Below are positions 58,125 through 64,000 of a DNA stretch of 64,000 nt, piece by piece. Position numbers and translations under genes: made by a program. The notes under the pieces are model-generated. The model worked only from the letters and a program-made list of their open reading frames with translations, did not search any database and was not told the origin of the DNA. The first letter of the stretch is position 1, and each line of letters opens with the position of its first letter. This DNA comes from Promethearchaeota archaeon (lineage in GTDB: Archaea; Asgardarchaeota; Lokiarchaeia; Sigyniarchaeales; SOKP01): assembly GCA_016930515.1 (NCBI GenBank), contig JAFGGO010000027.1, positions 21,382 through 85,381 on the forward strand, read 5' to 3'.

Positions 58125-58997
58125 ATGACTGTGAGTCAGAGGAGTAGTAATATGAATAGATCTGAAAAAATCGTGGAATTATGTAGAAAAAATTTGGATA
58201 TATACATTGCAAAACGGTCGAAACGAAAAATATTAAGTGCCTTCAATAGGCTAAAGTTTAATATGGACCGAAAAAGAAATTACGAACACTTTCCATTAAG
58301 CTTGTTTTCAAATCTTATCGTTTACGCGTTTAAGAAAGATCCCTCGTATTTTATGAAGGAAATATATTCAAGTCTGAGATATTTTTTAGAAATTAAATTT
58401 AGTTCAAAATCTTTAAAGGATATCGAAATTTACATTCTAAAAAATGCTTGTTTTTACGATGACGAAAAACTTGTTTTTGAATTTGATGGGCGGTTTACAA
58501 CCAGGATAGAGAAAAGCGGTTCCACATTGATTTTCGACAATTCAAATGTTTACATTACAAACCGAAGAATTATCATACAATCAAATAGGATTAAAGTAGG
58601 GCTCGTTGACACCGGGTTGATATCTTATGGTACAGACCCATTTTTTCTTAAATACTATAAAAATATGGTAATAAACCAAAATTATAAAAAGAACAAAAAA
58701 AATACATGTTATGGACATGAATTTTCTCTGTACGACCTTAAAGATATAAGAAACGATGCCTTTCGCGTTTCCTATCATTATTACGATAATGGAAAGAAAA
58801 AAGACTGCGAATTTATTCCCAAACAAAACCATTTGACAAGTTCTATAAAACAAGTGCTTCAAAAACTCAATACAGATCCTCCTTTAATTGGAATGATAAG
58901 ATCTTATTGTGAGAAATGTGGCGCTCTCATTAAAATCGATAGCACTGTTTGTAAGAATTGCCAAACACCCATTAATGTGAACCTAAAACATTTGTAA
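58125..58997 (+). CDS. PH/GRAM-like domain plus C-terminal double-CxxC zinc ribbon protein
   Basis: DDEKLV...VYITNRRII; YCEKCG...CKNC; paralogue of the next gene. Confidence 0.7.
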   Translation: MTVSQRSSNMNRSEKIVELCRKNLDIYIAKRSKRKILSAFNRLKFNMDRKRNYEHFPLSLFSNLIVYAFKKDPSYFMKEIYSSLRYFLEIKFSSKSLKDIEIYILKNACFYDDEKLVFEFDGRFTTRIEKSGSTLIFDNSNVYITNRRIIIQSNRIKVGLVDTGLISYGTDPFFLKYYKNMVINQNYKKNKKNTCYGHEFSLYDLKDIRNDAFRVSYHYYDNGKKKDCEFIPKQNHLTSSIKQVLQKLNTDPPLIGMIRSYCEKCGALIKIDSTVCKNCQTPINVNLKHL

Positions 58998-59168
58998 ATA
59001 AAAATCTATTAAAATAAAAAATAATCATAATTTTCTATATAAAAACTATATAAAAAGGATTTAAATAATAAGAAATTACAACAATTGCGGACTCCCACCA
59101 TTTTTTATCATTAATAAACTTTAAAATATGGGAATCAGATATTAAAAACCATTAAAGGTGGTAAAATC

Positions 59169-59999
59169 GTGACTAAATCAAGCGCAATTATTAAAATGGC
59201 TAAAGAGAAATTAGATTATTATTCGAATAAAAAATCTAATAAAAAACTCATTTCCGTGTTTTCAGATTTAAAGTCAAAAATTGAAAAGAAAAAAGATTAT
59301 CGAGATTTTCCAATTTCTTTGTTTTCAAATTTAATCGTTCATTCGTTCCATAAGAATCCCTATTATTTCATGAAAACCATCTATCCTGATTTAAGAAGCT
59401 CCCTCAAGAAACAATTTGAAGAAAAGAAATTTTATAAAATGGAAAAATACATCCTCAAGAATTTTTGCTTTTTAGAAGACGAAAAGAAAATATTCGTGAT
59501 TGATGGGTCGTTTGTTACTCGTATGGAGAAGACTGGAGGCAAGATCGTTTTTGACAAGGCAAGAATTTACCTTACAAATAAAAGAATCATCGTCCATAGC
59601 AGCGATATGAAAATGGGTGCCGTAGACTTATCCGTGAATTTAAATATGGGAGATGATTATATGCTGAATTATTACAAGACAATGATATTCAGGAGAAATT
59701 TTAGCCGAAACGATGGAGAGAATCCATGTTATGGGTACGAATTTCCAATCTTTGAATTAGAAGACGTCTCATCGGATAATAAAAAAGTTAAATATAGCTT
59801 CAACGAGGGAGGAAAAAAACATTTTTGCGAAATCTATCCCGAACAAAATTATATGGCCAAACCAATCGAAGAAATGCTGAAAAAATTAAGCCTTGAAGCT
59901 CCCATTGTTGGCCAAATAAGAAAACACTGCGAATATTGCGGGGCACTCGTGAAGGCTAATCGTTTAACTTGTAATAAATGTAAAAAAATAATATTATGA
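59169..59999 (+). CDS. PH/GRAM-like domain plus C-terminal double-CxxC zinc ribbon protein
   Basis: EDEKKI...IYLTNKRII; HCEYCG...CNKC; shares FPxSLFSNLIV, YFMK and CYGxEF with the previous gene. Confidence 0.7.
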   Translation: MTKSSAIIKMAKEKLDYYSNKKSNKKLISVFSDLKSKIEKKKDYRDFPISLFSNLIVHSFHKNPYYFMKTIYPDLRSSLKKQFEEKKFYKMEKYILKNFCFLEDEKKIFVIDGSFVTRMEKTGGKIVFDKARIYLTNKRIIVHSSDMKMGAVDLSVNLNMGDDYMLNYYKTMIFRRNFSRNDGENPCYGYEFPIFELEDVSSDNKKVKYSFNEGGKKHFCEIYPEQNYMAKPIEEMLKKLSLEAPIVGQIRKHCEYCGALVKANRLTCNKCKKIIL

Positions 60000-60091
60000 T
60001 TATTAATAACTTTTTCTAACATAAAACATTAACAATTTGTAAAAGACCATTAATTTTAACAAAATACATATTATAATATAATAAATTAGAT

Positions 60092-61123
60092 GTGTTTTTT
60101 TATATGAAGAAATCTGGATTTTTTTCTACTGTTGTAGGGAGTCTTCCTCTCGAAAACACTCCTTCAAATATGAGTTCTGCCTTTGAAGACTTGATAAAAA
60201 TTGGTATTGATTATCCTTGTTATCCGCAACTCGAATCCATGATCTCTTCATTCCTTGATCCTTTATCAGAATTGTTACCTTCCATGAAGAAGGTTGGAAA
60301 AAAATACTTCGTGAATCAAGATTTTTCCGTTCCTAATAAACCAATAGCTATGAGGTTCGGGCAATTTGTTGTTGATTTTTTCGAAAAACATCCAAACCTT
60401 AAAAATAATATTAAAGGTACGAAGGCCTGCTTGACAGGTCCTTTTACTTTGGCAAGTGAGATAATTATTAGCGAGAATTTATCTTCTGGCATAAAACCCT
60501 TAATATATCAAGAACCTCGAGCCATATTAGTACCTGAACTGGTAGATAAAATTGCCGATATAATGAAAAAAACGGGTGAAGAGTATCATAAGATGGGTTT
60601 TGAAATAATTTCTATGGACGAACCCATATTGAGCTTACTAGTTGGAAAAAAAACCATGTTTCACGACGCAGACTACATTATAAAAACTTTAAATAAAGCT
60701 GTATCTGGAATAAAAAATGTCTCCTCAATTCATGTATGTGGATGTATAAGCCCCCTTTTAAAAGATCTCCTTTTAAATACAGATATTAACATATTGGATC
60801 ACGAATTTAGGACCGAAATAACTAATTTTGAAATATATTCGAAAAAAGATTTTGAAAGTAACGATAAGTTTATTGCTATGGGGGTAGTTGAAACTAAAAT
60901 TGGTAAAACAAAAGGTGAAAGTATCGAAAATTACATCGATAATATTAGCTTTTTAAAAAATTATATCAAGCGAGGCATTAAACAATTTGGAAAGGATAAT
61001 TTGATAATTAAACCGGATTGTGGATTTGGTCCCCTAAAAGATGTCTTTGGGCAAAAAATGGGATATAAAATCGCTATTGGAAATCTGAAGAACATGGTTG
61101 AAGCAATGAAAGAGATAGTTTAA
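60092..61123 (+). CDS. Cobalamin-independent methionine synthase catalytic-domain (core MetE/UroD superfamily) protein
   Basis: TVVGSLP, CLTGPFTLA, ISMDEP, Zn ligands HVCG, E, PDCGF. Confidence 0.82.
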   Translation: MFFYMKKSGFFSTVVGSLPLENTPSNMSSAFEDLIKIGIDYPCYPQLESMISSFLDPLSELLPSMKKVGKKYFVNQDFSVPNKPIAMRFGQFVVDFFEKHPNLKNNIKGTKACLTGPFTLASEIIISENLSSGIKPLIYQEPRAILVPELVDKIADIMKKTGEEYHKMGFEIISMDEPILSLLVGKKTMFHDADYIIKTLNKAVSGIKNVSSIHVCGCISPLLKDLLLNTDINILDHEFRTEITNFEIYSKKDFESNDKFIAMGVVETKIGKTKGESIENYIDNISFLKNYIKRGIKQFGKDNLIIKPDCGFGPLKDVFGQKMGYKIAIGNLKNMVEAMKEIV

Positions 61124-61126
61124 GAT

Positions 61127-61543
61127 TTAGTTGAATATTTCACTATCAATTGAATTAATTATTCTGTCTATTTTATTATGGAGTCCTTTAACATCTTTTA
61201 AAGCATTAGTATTTTTAAGATCATGTTTTGTTTCGATATAAATGGCGCTCCTGAGTTTTCTAATAAGGTCGTAATCAATGTCTCCTTTTGTAAGAAATAC
61301 GAAATATATAACTTTTTCAATTCCAAATAATTCCTGCGTGATCACCACAATATTTTTCTTCTTAGCGCTATTTCCATAAGCGATATTTGCAATTTCCTCC
61401 TTGAATAACACTTTCCCTAATGAACCGATCGCAGAAATCAATCCAGAAAGTAGAACAGGATCCATTGTTTGAAATTTCTCGTTGACATTTTTGGAATAAA
61501 ATGCGTATCCCGCAGAATCACAAATGAGCATTGCTTTGATCAT
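61127..61543 (-). CDS. Longin-like domain protein
   Basis: MIKAMLICDSAGYAFYSK, DPVLLSGLISAIGS.G..LF (Asgard longin pattern). Confidence 0.7.
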   Translation of the reverse strand: MIKAMLICDSAGYAFYSKNVNEKFQTMDPVLLSGLISAIGSLGKVLFKEEIANIAYGNSAKKKNIVVITQELFGIEKVIYFVFLTKGDIDYDLIRKLRSAIYIETKHDLKNTNALKDVKGLHNKIDRIINSIDSEIFN

Positions 61544-61584
61544 TTTTTCTCAATTTATGATAGTAATGGGAATGAAAAAAAGTT

Positions 61585-62235
61585 TTAGCTATTTAATTCC
61601 TTCTTGAGTTTTTCTATCTCTGCCTGTACTTTCTCCTTTGAAACCGTACCAACGTCTTCAAGAGGCATGTCTTCCTCTGGGATGTATTGGAGATCGTCTT
61701 CGGGAATGGCTGGCATTGCTCCGCCTTGATCAAGAAGCATTTCGGTTTCTAATTGATTTAATTCCGCAGTGACATCGATTCCGAGGTCGATTTCAAGGTC
61801 TCCCCCTAAAATTTCCGCAGACTCTTCTATTTCTGAAACATAAGCGTCAGCATCCTCTGAAATCTCTGCGATTCTAACAGGAGACGCCTTGGTTGCGATT
61901 TCCTTGAGTTCGTCTCTAATGCCGCCCATTAAATTACCAGTAGTCAAGATCAACTTGCCTTCTTGTATGGCGTCCAACTGCCTTTCTATCTTTATTCGCA
62001 TGTTATTAGCTCGATCAACCTTCATCGAATATTGTTTGTATTGAATGAGATAATTCTTTGCCCTATCTTTTTCTCCTCTCTTTAAAGCAATTTTTGCGTT
62101 TTTTCGACTAATTTCCGCTTTTCGGGAATAACTCTTATTGATCAAGCTTAATTGTTGAATGTGGCTCTTCGCCTGAGTTATCATCTTATCTTGTTCTTCC
62201 CCTTTTCTTGGAAATAACTTTTTTTTTAGCCCCAT
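61585..62235 (-). CDS. ESCRT-III Snf7-family protein (Vps20/32/60-like)
   Basis: Basic N-terminal hairpin (AKIALKRGEKDRAKNYL..YK.Y), acidic C-half (AELNQLE), MPAIP Pro motif, terminal amphipathic helix. Confidence 0.85.
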   Translation of the reverse strand: MGLKKKLFPRKGEEQDKMITQAKSHIQQLSLINKSYSRKAEISRKNAKIALKRGEKDRAKNYLIQYKQYSMKVDRANNMRIKIERQLDAIQEGKLILTTGNLMGGIRDELKEIATKASPVRIAEISEDADAYVSEIEESAEILGGDLEIDLGIDVTAELNQLETEMLLDQGGAMPAIPEDDLQYIPEEDMPLEDVGTVSKEKVQAEIEKLKKELNS

Positions 62236-62407
62236 TTTATTCAGTCTCCTTGAAAGGATGTAATTGATAATTCTTCGTTAGTATTTATTATTATAATGAT
62301 TTTTTTACCTTAAAAATTTATTTTAGAAAGATAAAGAATTTAATCTAATGTATTCTTAAAGAAGTTATAAGTATTAATATCTATCATAGTCCAAACTTTG
62401 ATTCGTA

Positions 62408-63523
62408 ATGAAGAAAATAATTCTCGATTTTGAGAGAAAAACTGAGGATTTTAAAGAACTTGTACAAGAAGCTTTTAACAAGGACATATTGAACTTCTTG
62501 ATATCATCAGAAACTTTAGCTGAATTTGAAAAGATCGAAAGAATTAACCGTTATTCTAAAAATCTTGACACGCTTTATAAAATTTTTACCGATAAAGATG
62601 AATTGTTAAAAGACTTGGAAACCAAGGACTTGAGGAACTCGCCTCAACGAATTGGGTATTATAAGATATTAACATCGAAAAACGATGAAACGGAGATCAA
62701 AGAGCTTTCAAGAAGTGGAAGCCTAGACTTCATAATCGTTTCTGCGAAAGACTGGAAGATAATCCCATTTGAAAACCTAATTGCTTTCATGCATACTAAA
62801 GATACCGAGCTTATCGCTCAAGTCGAGGACGTTAAGGAAGCAGAGCTAATGCTCAAAACTCTTGAAATGGGAGTTGATGGGGTTCTCATGAAGCCTAAAA
62901 ATGCAAATGACATTGTTGATTTAAAAAAACTCTTACATTTATCATTTACGCTTGATTTGGTGAAGGCAAAAGTTCTTTCCATCCAATCAATTCCCGAAAG
63001 CGAGCGCGTGTGCGTTGATACCACATCCTTACTTCGACCAGGTGAAGGAATGCTCGTTGGTAGTACTGCCATGGGATTTGCTCTTGTTCACGCGGAAGTG
63101 TTTGAAACCCAATTTGTAGCTTCGAGACCGTTTCGAGTCAATGCTGGAGACGTTTCTGCTTATATTTTAGTTCCAAGCGACGATCCCGATACCCTCTATA
63201 GAACGAATTACTTGAGCGAACTTAAAGGTGGGGATAAAGTTATAGTTGTTAACGAGAAAGGGAGCGGAAGAGTTGTATCGGTTGGACGAGTGAAGATAGA
63301 GACGCGACCAATGTTGCGATTCGAGCTGGAGGCTACAAGAAATGACAAGAAAATTCCCATAAATTGCATCTGCCAGAACGCAGAAACAATACGACTGGTA
63401 GCTGCAGATGGAAAAGCAAAATCCGTTGTTGATATTATGGTGGGAGACGATATTCTCGTACACATCGGACCAGGTGCTACTCATTTTGGAACGGCAATCA
63501 AGGAGACAATCATTGAGAAATAA
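62408..63523 (+). CDS. 3-dehydroquinate synthase II (archaeal AroB')
   Basis: DWKIIPFENLIA, LEMGVDGV, ERVCVDTTSLL.PGEGMLVGS, SRPFRVNAG, YLSELK.GD, GRVKIETRP, QNAETIRLV, HFG..IKETIIEK. Confidence 0.95.
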   Translation: MKKIILDFERKTEDFKELVQEAFNKDILNFLISSETLAEFEKIERINRYSKNLDTLYKIFTDKDELLKDLETKDLRNSPQRIGYYKILTSKNDETEIKELSRSGSLDFIIVSAKDWKIIPFENLIAFMHTKDTELIAQVEDVKEAELMLKTLEMGVDGVLMKPKNANDIVDLKKLLHLSFTLDLVKAKVLSIQSIPESERVCVDTTSLLRPGEGMLVGSTAMGFALVHAEVFETQFVASRPFRVNAGDVSAYILVPSDDPDTLYRTNYLSELKGGDKVIVVNEKGSGRVVSVGRVKIETRPMLRFELEATRNDKKIPINCICQNAETIRLVAADGKAKSVVDIMVGDDILVHIGPGATHFGTAIKETIIEK

Positions 63524-63607
63524 AAAACGGCCATATTATCTTAATATTTACCAATTAGAACTTTTAATATAAATCAATAATAAATAGATAATATTAATTC
63601 TGATGAT

Positions 63608-63958
63608 ATGGATATGGTGGTTTTATTAAGATTTGCGTGCATGGTAAAAGCTAATAATTTTACATATATTGAAGATTGGGAAGAGATTTTCAAGAAATTC
63701 CCTCATTCATTTAAAATGTTTCAAGGATTGAATTCAAAATTTAAAATTGAGTGGTATTTATGGCAATGTAATGAGAATCTATTGAAGATTCTTCAAGCTA
63801 TTTTAGAGGATCCAAATTATAACGAAATAAAAAAGAATCAAGAAAAGGAATGGAATAAAATATTTACATTGGTAAAAGAAGCAGTTAGCAGAAAAGGTCC
63901 AAGGAAATCTCTAAAACAAATGATTAAAGAAGAGGGTAGAGAAGAGGATGATTGGTAA
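63608..63958 (+). CDS. Hypothetical protein
   Basis: 116 aa AT-rich ORF; a further ORF appears to start at ATG 63948 and run off the window. Confidence 0.5.
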   Translation: MDMVVLLRFACMVKANNFTYIEDWEEIFKKFPHSFKMFQGLNSKFKIEWYLWQCNENLLKILQAILEDPNYNEIKKNQEKEWNKIFTLVKEAVSRKGPRKSLKQMIKEEGREEDDW

Positions 63959-64000
63959 AATATTGAATGATCCACATTATTCTGACATAAGAGAAGGTCA

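Noticed and set aside
577-63484. Many 60-125 aa ORFs antisense to or nested in confident genes (e.g. 9538-9879, 16529-17098, 35930-36262, 50215-50577, 53790-54164)
   Set aside because: They are shadows of well-supported genes and have no motifs of their own.
1-64000. tRNA, rRNA or other structured RNA genes
   Set aside because: No GC-rich intergenic segment with cloverleaf or T-loop signature was seen by eye; tRNAscan-SE and Infernal would be needed to exclude them formally.

Overview
AT-rich, gene-dense archaeal chromosomal window, almost certainly from an Asgard archaeon of the Lokiarchaeia. That assignment is inferred from the co-occurrence of a Snf7/ESCRT-III protein, longin and roadblock proteins, Rag- and Rab-like GTPases, a presenilin, a Loki-CTERM-like surface protein, L35Ae, and the H4MPT/F420 C1 enzymes Ftr, Mtd, Mch and an FrhB-family protein. 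Most of the window is housekeeping or metabolic (glyS, apt, two MTAP paralogues, beta-CASP RNase, RecJ/GAN, XPD helicase, glycogen synthase, DHQ synthase II). No tRNA, rRNA, CRISPR array, transposase or integrase was recognised. Main observations: (1) a ~3.7 kb integrase-less island (40843-44557) is bracketed by a mostly synonymously diverged duplicate of the last 18 codons of the frhB-like gene. It carries an intact PIN-GNAT-PUA/EVE plus ASCH two-gene module, an unannotated decayed HNH nuclease and a probable helicase-nuclease lacking its helicase core. (2) Three Zn-finger/PH(GRAM)-like proteins (56-60 kb), one with a B-box-like/coiled-coil/PH/low-complexity/helical-hairpin layout, lie close to an ESCRT-III plus longin pair. 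(3) Two genes have conserved N-termini reachable only from ATT or ATA codons placed behind Shine-Dalgarno-like motifs. (4) One MTAP has a Zn-ribbon inserted next to its base-binding motif. (5) There is an unannotated pseudogene at 20340-20771 and a perfect operator-like palindrome upstream of the frhB-like gene. All family calls come from motif recognition by eye; no searches were run.
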